DNA of 64,000 nt from Patescibacteria group bacterium (lineage in GTDB: Bacteria; Patescibacteriota; Minisyncoccia; Phycocordibacterales; CAIRYW01), in NCBI GenBank assembly GCA_040389185.1, contig JAZKAJ010000011.1:1033-65032 (forward strand). The letters are read 5' to 3'. The notes beneath the pieces were generated by a model. That model saw nothing but the letters and a program-made list of their open reading frames with translations. It was not told the origin of the DNA and searched no databases. The position numbers and the translations under genes are program-made. Positions 55,964-64,000 of the stretch are shown here, one piece after another. Positions within the stretch are counted from its first letter, which is position 1. Each line of letters starts with the position of its first letter.

Positions 55964-56827
55964 TTGATAGTCAACAAAAAGTTGACTAAGCTCTATATGA
56001 TAATCTCCAAAAAACAAAGTATTGAAGATCTGGTTATTGAGATCCTCGCTAAAAAGCCATATACAAATGGATCGGATTTGGTATTGGTAATAAACAAGCT
56101 TCGTGCAAATACAACGAAACAGGCGGTATATAAGTCGCTCGGGTTTCTCCTTGATAATGAGGTGGTGGCGAAAGTGGACGGGACATATTTCTTGAGTCTT
56201 GTATGGGTAAAAAGAATTCAGAAAATGTTTGGCACAAGTACTCAAAACACCGATGCGGTTTTTGATCTTAAGAATGGAGAATCTATTTCGTATCAATTTC
56301 CAAGTCTTTTATCTCTCGACACATACTGGGCTCACATCACAAATATACTGATTGATTATGTACCTCAAAACATTCCTGTTATTCTTTTTGATCCACACTA
56401 TTGGTTCGTTATAGGGAGAAGTGAGGTTGAGAAAGATATTCTGGAGGTTTTTGAAAAGAAGCAAAAACACATCTTTGCAACTATTGGAGGTGATACTATT
56501 CTCGACAAGAAATTCAGAGACGAATACCGAAGCAAATATTTCGGGGTTAATATTGGGGGTAAAGAGAAATTTAAACTGGAGCAGTATCTTCATATATTTG
56601 GAGACTTTATTATTGAAGTATTTATCGACCGGAAACTTTCTTTGGACATAGAACATTTTTATAGGACTCGAAAAAGTATTACAAAAGAAGATGAAGAAAT
56701 TTTCGAAAAAATAATCAACAAGAAATATAAAGTTCGAATGAAAATTTCGAGAAATATGCGAAAATCAGGTGAGCTTCGAAAGAGGTTCTCAAAAGATTTT
56801 TATATGCCACGGATATCTGATTTATAA
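55964..56827 (+). CDS. hypothetical protein (possible N-terminal winged helix)
   Basis: 287-aa ORF; no firm motif. Confidence 0.35.
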   Translation: MIVNKKLTKLYMIISKKQSIEDLVIEILAKKPYTNGSDLVLVINKLRANTTKQAVYKSLGFLLDNEVVAKVDGTYFLSLVWVKRIQKMFGTSTQNTDAVFDLKNGESISYQFPSLLSLDTYWAHITNILIDYVPQNIPVILFDPHYWFVIGRSEVEKDILEVFEKKQKHIFATIGGDTILDKKFRDEYRSKYFGVNIGGKEKFKLEQYLHIFGDFIIEVFIDRKLSLDIEHFYRTRKSITKEDEEIFEKIINKKYKVRMKISRNMRKSGELRKRFSKDFYMPRISDL

Positions 56828-57607
56828 TTGCCTAATACTCCTTCAGGGTTTAATATCTATGATATGGTACCAACAAAAATCCTCGCATCTGGAAAATTTT
56901 CTCCTCAAGATTTGATCGTTTCCGTAAGTGAATCTAATCGGAAGATTGATTCTTCTATTGAAAGTCAGATCGATGCAGTCTGGGAAGCGAAGAAAAAAGA
57001 TGCTGATGAAAAAGGTCAGATTTGCTATAACGGCACTTCATACAGACTTAATTCTTTAGAGGCTAAAGAGAACAAGATCTTTCTTGATTTTGGTACGCTT
57101 GAATTTAAAACTAGAGTGTCGCTTCTGCAAATTCCAGAATACTTTAACTTGCCTCCCGAATATTATAAAAAGGGTTGTACTGTGGATTCAACGATAAAAA
57201 CTGCAGATAGAAGGTACCTAATGGTTGAACTTTCGGGGAAGTCACTCAATCATAATGTAACAGATGTTTTAGGTGGTCTGATTGAAAAACCTCTCGAATT
57301 ATCTACAGGAAATGATATTTTTAATGCACTTTATATTGAGTTGGAAGAGGAGGGAAGTATTCATAAATCAGATGTAAAAGAAATCTATCTCAAATCTATC
57401 TACTTGGCATGTCAGACAGATATACATTTTTATTTTGAAGTTGAACTTAATTTGGATATAGAAGAGCTTCGTGAAAAATTTGATAAAGAAAATGAGGATC
57501 AAGATATTGAATCAATTAAGGATTTTTCTCGCGAAGAGTATCTTGATCATTTGAAAAACCACAAATCGAAAAATAAGCAATTGATCGCTGAACTTTTGGA
57601 AATTTAG
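56828..57607 (+). CDS. hypothetical protein
   Basis: 259-aa ORF; its start abuts the previous stop. Confidence 0.35.
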   Translation: MPNTPSGFNIYDMVPTKILASGKFSPQDLIVSVSESNRKIDSSIESQIDAVWEAKKKDADEKGQICYNGTSYRLNSLEAKENKIFLDFGTLEFKTRVSLLQIPEYFNLPPEYYKKGCTVDSTIKTADRRYLMVELSGKSLNHNVTDVLGGLIEKPLELSTGNDIFNALYIELEEEGSIHKSDVKEIYLKSIYLACQTDIHFYFEVELNLDIEELREKFDKENEDQDIESIKDFSREEYLDHLKNHKSKNKQLIAELLEI

Positions 57608-57634
57608 TTTAATGTCTTATGTTAAAATAACCCC

Positions 57635-58165
57635 ATGGTATTCCCAGGACACATTGCAGCAGGGTATTTAACAGCTCTTGGAGTTGTTACATTTGCGGGC
57701 TTCTCACTTACTCCAAATGAGCAAGCACTTCTTCTCACACTTGGTTCTCTTTTGGGTGATGCACCTGACATAGATGTGTTTTATAGTTTCTTGAAAAAGA
57801 AAACAACAGGCATCTCGGCTCTCCAAGGCCATCGTGACCACATAACTCATATGCCTCTTTTGTGGCTTCTCATTGGGCTCTTTGTTTATGTATTCACTGA
57901 TTCAAATTTTGGGAAGGTATTAGGACTTCTCATATGGCTTTGTTCATGGAGTCATCTCTTGTGTGATTCGATATTCTCATCTGTTGGTATCCAATGGCTT
58001 AAACCATTCTCAGAAAAAAGATTCACACTGTTTCGAAAACCTGATATGACTTTGTCGAGCTGGAAAGAGTTGTTACCACATCTTGTGAAAAGTCCAATTT
58101 TTTACCTTGAATTTATTGTTGCATTTACTGCGATTGCGGTTTTTATAGTAAGAAATTTTTTTTAG
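57635..58165 (+). CDS. hypothetical membrane protein, possibly a DUF457 metal-dependent hydrolase
   Basis: 176 aa, several His in TM segments (HIAAGY, HRDHITH, WSH). Confidence 0.35.
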   Translation: MVFPGHIAAGYLTALGVVTFAGFSLTPNEQALLLTLGSLLGDAPDIDVFYSFLKKKTTGISALQGHRDHITHMPLLWLLIGLFVYVFTDSNFGKVLGLLIWLCSWSHLLCDSIFSSVGIQWLKPFSEKRFTLFRKPDMTLSSWKELLPHLVKSPIFYLEFIVAFTAIAVFIVRNFF

Positions 58166-58216
58166 AGTTACATCCCTTATTTTTATAGCTTAATTGATTG
58201 GTGTTATACTCAACAA

Positions 58217-59248
58217 ATGGAACAAGACCTCCTAAACCATATTTCAGAAGTATATAATCTCTCGTCATTAATATATGTGGGCTCATCAGCCCAAGGAATT
58301 AGTGCTCATAATGCAATTGTTAAAACAACTGGTGGCACGTTTTTTTTCATTAAAAATTATAAAAAGACTGATGCGGATAGAAGAGAGAATTCGGAAGCGG
58401 TTGAAATCTTCGTGTCGGAGAATTCTTCATTACCGGTCGTACTCCCTTTAAAAACAGCTTCAAATCAAGCGCATTACATTATTGATGAAAAAATGTATGC
58501 AGTTTTTCCTTACCTAGAGCATAAGGAATATAAACCAGAATTATTGGAAGAAAAAATAAAGTTGGCAGAGTCTCTCGGTGCAACTCTCGGCACAATCCAT
58601 TCGATTTCAATGAAAGTGCCTATTAATAAATCAATTCAGCCTATTGTTTCTTGGATAGTGCCCACCAAAGAAAAGAGTATTGAAAATTTAGAAAAAATAA
58701 TAGAAACGATAAATAATAAAAAGGTTCATGATGAGTATGATAAGAAAGCACTTAATTTTGTTGATCTCAAAATATCTTTGTTGAAAGAAAGTAGTTTTCG
58801 GGGAAGGGGTGCCACATTCGAGACTATTTGTCACGGAGATTTTCACAAAGGAAATATTCTTTTTGATGAAAAAGGATCAATAATTGGTATATGCGATTGG
58901 GATATAAGTGGTAGAGCAAATCCGTATCTTGAATTCATTAGATCATTTAACATGTGTGTGATACGAAGAGATTTTGAACACTATCAAGAAAAAGGTGAGT
59001 ATTCAAAAGCTTTTTGTGCGGGATATCTAAAAAATTGTGGTTTTGAATTTGATTTTAATGAATTGGAATATGCGATTGAGTGGTGGTATCAACTTACCTT
59101 AAGTATTAGCTGGCCTATGAGCGATCATTACTATTTGGATCACACAAAAACTGATGCATCACTCGACTCAGAAATTTTAAAAGTTTCGTTTTTGAAAGAG
59201 AATCGAGCTCAGCTTCTGGAGTATATAAGATCTTGTATACAAAATTGA
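58217..59248 (+). CDS. aminoglycoside-phosphotransferase-fold kinase (APH/choline kinase family)
   Basis: Catalytic loop ICHGDFHKGNILFD and metal-binding GICDWDISG. Confidence 0.65.
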   Translation: MEQDLLNHISEVYNLSSLIYVGSSAQGISAHNAIVKTTGGTFFFIKNYKKTDADRRENSEAVEIFVSENSSLPVVLPLKTASNQAHYIIDEKMYAVFPYLEHKEYKPELLEEKIKLAESLGATLGTIHSISMKVPINKSIQPIVSWIVPTKEKSIENLEKIIETINNKKVHDEYDKKALNFVDLKISLLKESSFRGRGATFETICHGDFHKGNILFDEKGSIIGICDWDISGRANPYLEFIRSFNMCVIRRDFEHYQEKGEYSKAFCAGYLKNCGFEFDFNELEYAIEWWYQLTLSISWPMSDHYYLDHTKTDASLDSEILKVSFLKENRAQLLEYIRSCIQN

Positions 59249-59298
59249 GGGATTTTTTTAAATAAAAAATTACCGACACTTTCGTGCCGGCTTTAACT

Positions 59299-59826
59299 TT
59301 AAAATTGCTTGTTAGCTTCTCTCCGTCTAAGGATGATCTTTTTGACACGAGCCCTTTGCCCGAGGAGATCTGCTATTGGAAAAAGAACGGTAAAAATACA
59401 ATCCGTGACAGCTTCGAGAATGCGAGGAAGTCCCCAAGCAATCACCACCTTCACATTTTTGATCTTCTTTGTGAACCAGATGACTCGCAAGTAATGTGTG
59501 GGAGCAACGAAGAGGGTGATTGGATCACTCGGGAGAGTATTATTCTCAATAAAATCAATTTGACCCATTGTCTCGTAGCCCTCATTGAAGACCCTGATCT
59601 GGTGCGCCGGGACGCCTAACTTCAGAAGAGTTTCGAGATAAAGATCTGCCTCAGATTGATAGTCGTCAACCTTAAGGGCGGTGATCACCCATACTTCACT
59701 TGAAGGATCAAGTGTTGCAAGTGTGGCTGTGTGAACAAGTCCGGAATACCAATCTTGTTGCTCTCGAGACCCAATGCGTCCCTTGTGGGGAAGTGGACTT
59801 TTTGGTAACGGAACAATTATATTCAT
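59299..59826 (-). CDS. DUF218 (YdcF/ElyC-like) domain protein
   Basis: QSEADLYLETLLKLGVPAHQIRVFNEGYETMGQIDF...TLFVAPTHYLRV pattern; second DUF218 gene in the window. Confidence 0.45.
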   Translation of the reverse strand: MNIIVPLPKSPLPHKGRIGSREQQDWYSGLVHTATLATLDPSSEVWVITALKVDDYQSEADLYLETLLKLGVPAHQIRVFNEGYETMGQIDFIENNTLPSDPITLFVAPTHYLRVIWFTKKIKNVKVVIAWGLPRILEAVTDCIFTVLFPIADLLGQRARVKKIILRRREANKQF

Positions 59827-59902
59827 ATATCAAATGTTTATCGCGATTCTCATTTATTGTCAATGCAAAGTGACTTCGGGTTTCACTTGATAGTTTTTTT
59901 GC

Positions 59903-60577
59903 TTGCATATGCACAATTTTATTTCTATCATAATCAATATGAATAATTTTTTTTCCGATCTTTCAAAACATGAACTCTCAATTCTTCGTCGTCTCAATAC
60001 GCCGATTAAAGTTCAAAACTTCATTGATGACATTCCAACCAACTTTGAATTAGACGGGGAGACCAACAAGTCTCCTCGAAGAACACTTCGGGAAAACAAA
60101 GCTCACTGCCTTGAAGGTGCACTACTCGCGGCGCTCGCACTTTGGATAAGCGGCCACAAGCCATTAATTATGGATATGAAATCAACAGATAATGATGTTG
60201 ATCATGTGATCGCACCATTTAAAATAAATGGATATTGGGGATGCGTGAGCAAAACTAATCATGCAACGATAAGATATCGTGATCCTGTTTACAAGACTAC
60301 TCGAGAACTTGCGATGTCATATTTTCACGAGTGGTTTATGGATGTTGATGGAGCAAAGACGCTTCGAAGTTTTTCGGAACCTTATGATCTTCGCAAATTC
60401 AAAAAGAATTGGACAACTGAAGAAAAAGACCTTTGGGAAATATCTGAACTTCTTGATAGTTTGAAACATTTTAAAGTGGCGCCAGAAAAGAATATTAAGA
60501 TGGTGCGAATTGCCGATACAATGGAGAGAAAGGCGGGGAAGATTCAGGAGTGGGGGAGGGATGGAAAAAGATTGTAA
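59903..60577 (+). CDS. hypothetical protein
   Basis: 224-aa ORF; no motif recognised. Confidence 0.35.
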   Translation: MHMHNFISIIINMNNFFSDLSKHELSILRRLNTPIKVQNFIDDIPTNFELDGETNKSPRRTLRENKAHCLEGALLAALALWISGHKPLIMDMKSTDNDVDHVIAPFKINGYWGCVSKTNHATIRYRDPVYKTTRELAMSYFHEWFMDVDGAKTLRSFSEPYDLRKFKKNWTTEEKDLWEISELLDSLKHFKVAPEKNIKMVRIADTMERKAGKIQEWGRDGKRL

Positions 60578-60584
60578 TATATAG

Positions 60585-60784
60585 TATACAGGAGTCTCTC
60601 CTTCGACTAAATTTTGCTACCCGCAAAATTTGTCTAGGCACCAGCTCACTTGTTTTGAAAGCTTTCAAAACATAGCTCCGCTGTTCGAGTCCTAACGAAA
60701 GTGCGTTTAGCACTTTCTTATCGCCCACAAAAATACAAAAACACCAGATATTATCTGGTGTTTTTGTATTTTTGTGGGCGATAC
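60585..60784 (+). repeat. tRNA 3'-half mimic structured element, type-1 copy B (partner tRNA-Val), ending in a 31-bp perfect hairpin that includes the tRNA-Val 3' end
   Basis: Its 5' end tatacaggagtc is antisense-like to the tRNA-Val T-arm. The core is cgactaaattttgc-taccc-gcaaaatttgtctaggcaccagctcac, followed by the hairpin tgttttgaaagctttcaaaaca. Sense T-arm copy ccgctgttcgagtcct and the hairpin aagtgcgtttagcactt follow, then the acceptor copy atcgccca. The palindrome 60720-60782 contains the A-rich run cacaaaaatacaaaaac. Confidence 0.65.
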
Positions 60785-60847
60785 AGGACTCGAACCTGTG
60801 ACCATCCGAGTGTAAATCGGGCGCTCTACCAACTGAGCTAATCGCCC
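60775..60847 (-). tRNA. tRNA-Val (anticodon UAC)
   Basis: Acceptor GGGCGAT/ATCGCCC; D-arm GCTC-AGTTGGTA-GAGC; anticodon loop TTTACAC; T-arm ACAGG-TTCGAGT-CCTGT. Confidence 0.85.
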
Positions 60848-60898
60848 TCACTTGGAAAGAATAAACTATTTTGACAGATTATTCAAATAATTGAACCT

Positions 60899-61597
60899 GT
60901 GTGTTATACTTATTGGTATATAGTTATGAAATTTGAAGAACAACAAAAAGCAATAAAGATGAGACGGAAGGGTCTTTCTCTCAAAGAAATAGCCAGATCT
61001 CTTGGAGTTGCTAAGGCTAGTGTAAGTGTTTGGGTTAGAGATGTTGTGCTGAGTGATAAGACTAAACAGGATCTTAGAATGAAAGGATCTTCTCGTGATG
61101 TAATAGAAAAAAGGAGAGATATTCGATTGTTAAGAGAAAAAGAAAAGGTGGATATATTGAAAACGGAAGCAAAGAAAGATTTTGATCACATAACTCAAAG
61201 AGAGTTAAAGATAATAGGCTGCATGCTCTATCTTGCTGAAGGCGGAAAAACTAAAAAGGGAATGGCTCGAATCTCGAACAGTGATCTAGAAGTCATAAAA
61301 ATAATGCTCCGGTTTTTTAAGGAGATATGTTTAGTTCCAGATGAAAAATTCAAAGGACATATTCATACTCATTCTGAAAATAATGCAAAAAAATGTGAGA
61401 ATTATTGGTCCGATCTGACAGGTATACCAAAAACTCAATTCTTCAAAACTTATGTAAAATTAAGTAAAGCGGGAAGTGGAAACAGGGGAACGTTGCCATA
61501 TGGAACTTTTGATTTATATGTTTGTGACACAAAAATTTTCTTAAAAATTATGGCCTGGATAGAGAAGATTTGTTTCCTGGTTAATAATAAAGCATAA
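60899..61597 (+). CDS. HTH-domain protein with a possible LAGLIDADG-like segment
   Basis: N-terminal HTH LSLKEIARSLGVAKASVSVW; the later segment IIGCMLYLAEGGKTKKG loosely resembles a LAGLIDADG motif. The start is probably the internal ATG at 60926. Confidence 0.35.
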   Translation: MCYTYWYIVMKFEEQQKAIKMRRKGLSLKEIARSLGVAKASVSVWVRDVVLSDKTKQDLRMKGSSRDVIEKRRDIRLLREKEKVDILKTEAKKDFDHITQRELKIIGCMLYLAEGGKTKKGMARISNSDLEVIKIMLRFFKEICLVPDEKFKGHIHTHSENNAKKCENYWSDLTGIPKTQFFKTYVKLSKAGSGNRGTLPYGTFDLYVCDTKIFLKIMAWIEKICFLVNNKA

Positions 61598-61621
61598 AAT
61601 TCATGTTATAATACACAAATC

Positions 61622-62548
61622 ATGATTACAGCATCCATCCTCACCATCTTCGGTCTCGCCTTATTCGAAATCATCTCAAGTGCGGACAACGCTATTGTTA
61701 ACGCAGAGGTCCTCGAAACCATGTCTCCAAAGGGGAGAAAGTGGTTTCTTTTTTATGGAATTATCTTCGCGGTCTTTGTTGTTCGAGGACTTCTTCCTTG
61801 GCTTATTATTTATGTTACAAATCCATCACTTGGATTCTTTGGGGCGTTTACTGCAGCACTTTCAAGCGACCCAATAGTTGCAGAGTCAATTCACCGTTCA
61901 GCACCAATACTAATGGCAGGTGGTGGAATATTCCTTGTTTTTCTTTTCTTTCATTGGCTCTTTCTCGAGAAGAAAACGTATGGACTCGTGGGCGAAGCAT
62001 TCTTTCATAGACAGGGAGTTTGGTTTTTTGCTGTCGTATCTGCAATTCTCGCGGCTGTGGTGTGGGAAGCGCTTAAGGTTGATCCTATAATGGCATTCGG
62101 TGCTGTCATTGGTTCCACCGCTTTTTTCATCACACATGGATTTAAAGAGAATGCAGAGAAAGCCGAAAAAGATCTTTTGCATGGACATTCAAAAAAATCA
62201 GACTTGAGCAAAATTCTTTATCTCGAAGTGATCGACGCAACATTTTCTATCGACGGGGTACTCGGCGCATTCGCGTTTACACTTTCTGTCCCGCTTATTC
62301 TCATTGGTAATGGGATTGGAGCATTCATACTTCGGAAGCTTACAATCTCAAACGTGGATAATGTAAAGAAATATATCTTCCTCAAAAACGGCGCGATGTA
62401 TTCAATTTTTTTCCTTGGAGTCATTATGCTGCTTCATGCATTCGGATTTGATCTTCCTGAGTGGGTTTCTCCTGTAGTGACATTTGCTACTGTTGGATAC
62501 TTTTTTCTCAAATCTCATTACCACCTTGTTAGAAATAAAACTATATAA
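61622..62548 (+). CDS. TerC/DUF475-family integral membrane protein
   Basis: EIISSADNAIVNAEVL motif and a second half-repeat LEVIDATFSIDGVLGAF; about 8 TM helices. Confidence 0.55.
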   Translation: MITASILTIFGLALFEIISSADNAIVNAEVLETMSPKGRKWFLFYGIIFAVFVVRGLLPWLIIYVTNPSLGFFGAFTAALSSDPIVAESIHRSAPILMAGGGIFLVFLFFHWLFLEKKTYGLVGEAFFHRQGVWFFAVVSAILAAVVWEALKVDPIMAFGAVIGSTAFFITHGFKENAEKAEKDLLHGHSKKSDLSKILYLEVIDATFSIDGVLGAFAFTLSVPLILIGNGIGAFILRKLTISNVDNVKKYIFLKNGAMYSIFFLGVIMLLHAFGFDLPEWVSPVVTFATVGYFFLKSHYHLVRNKTI

Positions 62549-63272
62549 TTTTGTGAATGATATTAAAATCCTCTTTGAAGACAAAGATATTGTCGCGATC
62601 AATAAGCCTGCGGGTATCGTTGTTCATGGTGATGGAAAAATGAAAGACAAGACGATCTCTGACTGGGTAGTCAAAAAATATCCTGAAACAAAAGATGTGG
62701 GGGAGTCTATTGAACTTGAAAGTGGCGAGATGATAGACCGACATGGGATTGTGCACAGACTCGACAAAGACACTTCTGGAGTGCTTTTGATCGCAAAGAC
62801 ACAGGAAGGATATCTGCATCTCAAAGCACAATTCAAAGAAAGAAAGATCAAAAAAACTTACAACGCATTTATATACGGAAAGATGAAAGATGAACGAGGG
62901 ATCATCAATCGTCCGATCGGACGAGCGACAGGAAGTGTCCGTAAATGGGCAACAGGCAATAAGACTCGAGGAGAGCTTCGAGAAGCTGTGACAAAGTTTA
63001 AGGTAGTGAAGAATGCAATGCCAGCGTCTCTCTTGGAGCTTTGGCCACAGACAGGGCGAACTCATCAGATTCGTGTGCATATGCAAGCTCTGGGGCACCC
63101 AGTGGTCGCAGACTCCTTGTATGCGCCGAGTCGTGAAGCTGTATATGGATTCAAAAGACTTGCACTTCACGCAAAAAGACTGATATTTAATGATCTCAAA
63201 GGTGGACTCATCGAGGTCGAGGCACCGTTTCCAGAAGACTTTAAGGAGGCGATGAGGGAAATAGGACTATAG
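62484..63272 (+). CDS. RluA-family pseudouridine synthase
   Basis: ILFEDKDIVAINKPAGIVVH and catalytic HRLDKDTSGVLLIAKT. The longest ORF overlaps the preceding gene in another frame, so the true start is probably near 62553 (GTG) or a later ATG. Confidence 0.75.
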   Translation: MLLLDTFFSNLITTLLEIKLYNFVNDIKILFEDKDIVAINKPAGIVVHGDGKMKDKTISDWVVKKYPETKDVGESIELESGEMIDRHGIVHRLDKDTSGVLLIAKTQEGYLHLKAQFKERKIKKTYNAFIYGKMKDERGIINRPIGRATGSVRKWATGNKTRGELREAVTKFKVVKNAMPASLLELWPQTGRTHQIRVHMQALGHPVVADSLYAPSREAVYGFKRLALHAKRLIFNDLKGGLIEVEAPFPEDFKEAMREIGL

Positions 63273-63338
63273 ATACAAGCATTGCAATGGCTTGAATTCT
63301 ATGATAAAGTCTCTAAATCAATTTAAGTTAAATTATAT

Positions 63339-63755
63339 ATGAAAGCGACTGCAAAAACAGCAAATGTAAACATAGAAGAAAGACGAACTCAGGATATCCG
63401 ACCTGGAGATGTTGTTAAGGTACACCAGAAAATTCAAGAAAAAGGAAAGACTCGAATCCAGATCTTCGAAGGTATGGTTCTTGCACGAAAGCACGGAGTA
63501 GAAGCAGGGGCTACTATTACTGTACGACGTGTTGCTAATGGATACGGAGTAGAAAAAATCTATCCTATGTATTCTCCACTTATCGAGAAAATCGAGGTTG
63601 TCAGACGAGCAAAGGTTCGAAAGGCAAAGCTCTATTATGTCCGAGACAAAGCTCAGAAAGAACTTTCAAAGAGAATGCGAGCAGAGATGATGAGAAAAGA
63701 TGAAACTCCAGCGGCAGAAAATGCGGGAGCAGAACTAGTCAGCGAGTCCAATTAA
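63339..63755 (+). CDS. rplS: 50S ribosomal protein L19
   Basis: [34 protein letters not shown]...[29 protein letters not shown] matches L19 end to end. Confidence 0.9.
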   Translation: MKATAKTANVNIEERRTQDIRPGDVVKVHQKIQEKGKTRIQIFEGMVLARKHGVEAGATITVRRVANGYGVEKIYPMYSPLIEKIEVVRRAKVRKAKLYYVRDKAQKELSKRMRAEMMRKDETPAAENAGAELVSESN

Positions 63756-63790
63756 GGATTCGTCGGTCTTTTCAATCAAAATGAAAAAAT

Positions 63791-63819
63791 AAACGAGTCC
63801 TTAATTGGGCTCGTTTTTT
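63791..63819 (+). terminator. intrinsic terminator
   Basis: aacgagtcc-ttaatt-gggctcgtt followed by TTTTT after rplS. Confidence 0.5.
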
Positions 63820-64000
63820 GTTGTGGGTGGGTGCTCACACAAAAAAATGTTCTTTAACTCCAAACAAGTTATGTTTATGCATTCAAACGAAAAAATCGTT
63901 AGGTTGGGCGTTGATCCGTCCATAGAAAGTTCGATCATTTTGGAAGCAAATTATGAACAGGGAATGCTCGGCAGAATGATTATAAATGCTTCAGGTGACG

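Noticed and set aside
1-64000. CRISPR array or rRNA genes
   Set aside because: No regularly spaced direct repeats with unique spacers and no rRNA-like conserved stretches were seen. The repeats present are the tRNA-associated elements and palindromes described above.

Overview
This 64-kb window is AT-rich (roughly 35-40% GC by eye), gene-dense and has short genes. It looks like a reduced-genome bacterium, possibly of the Patescibacteria/CPR type, but that is inferred from gene content only.

Housekeeping content: tsaE, polA, a holA-like gene, msrB, fpg, a NUDIX hydrolase, ruvA, rpsT, maf, ung, dsbB, ruvX, a tRNA-binding protein, pilM/N/O plus a truncated pilB at the left edge, a PAS/histidine-kinase/two-REC/ECF-sigma cluster, yhhQ, several methyltransferases and pseudouridine synthases, rplS, and five tRNAs (Lys-UUU, Arg-GCG, Ser-UGA, Arg-UCU, Val-UAC).

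Two things go beyond ordinary annotation.

(1) Every tRNA gene is accompanied, on the opposite strand and on its 3' side, by a copy of a structured repeat family. Each copy carries a sense copy of that tRNA's T-arm and acceptor 3' strand, an antisense-like copy at its 5' end, a conserved hairpin core with compensatory base changes between copies, and a 21-31 bp perfect terminal hairpin that often embeds the real tRNA 3' end.

(2) An ~11-kb island (about 11.07-21.86 kb) lies between one such element and tRNA-Lys. It carries:
- a large serine recombinase with a palindromic candidate site;
- a ParB-nuclease/DNA-methyltransferase fusion;
- a markedly high-GC threonine-synthase-like gene;
- a three-gene operon headed by a 407-aa protein whose C-terminus carries PD-(D/E)xK plus QxxxY nuclease motifs (Shedu/DUF4263- or RecB/Cas4-like), followed by two tightly coupled small unknown proteins. 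This is a candidate undescribed defence module.

A second mosaic zone lies 3' of tRNA-Ser (43.5-48.6 kb). It holds two high-GC ORFs, a frameshifted 128-bp gene-fragment duplicate, a PP2C phosphatase and a protein with an Rx4H (HEPN-like) motif.

Other oddities: a wHTH protein with a Cas2-like motif flanked by twin 44-bp palindromes, duplicated promoter blocks upstream of fpg and the NUDIX gene, and a recurrent (T)GAGACAGTT motif. No CRISPR array and no rRNA were seen.
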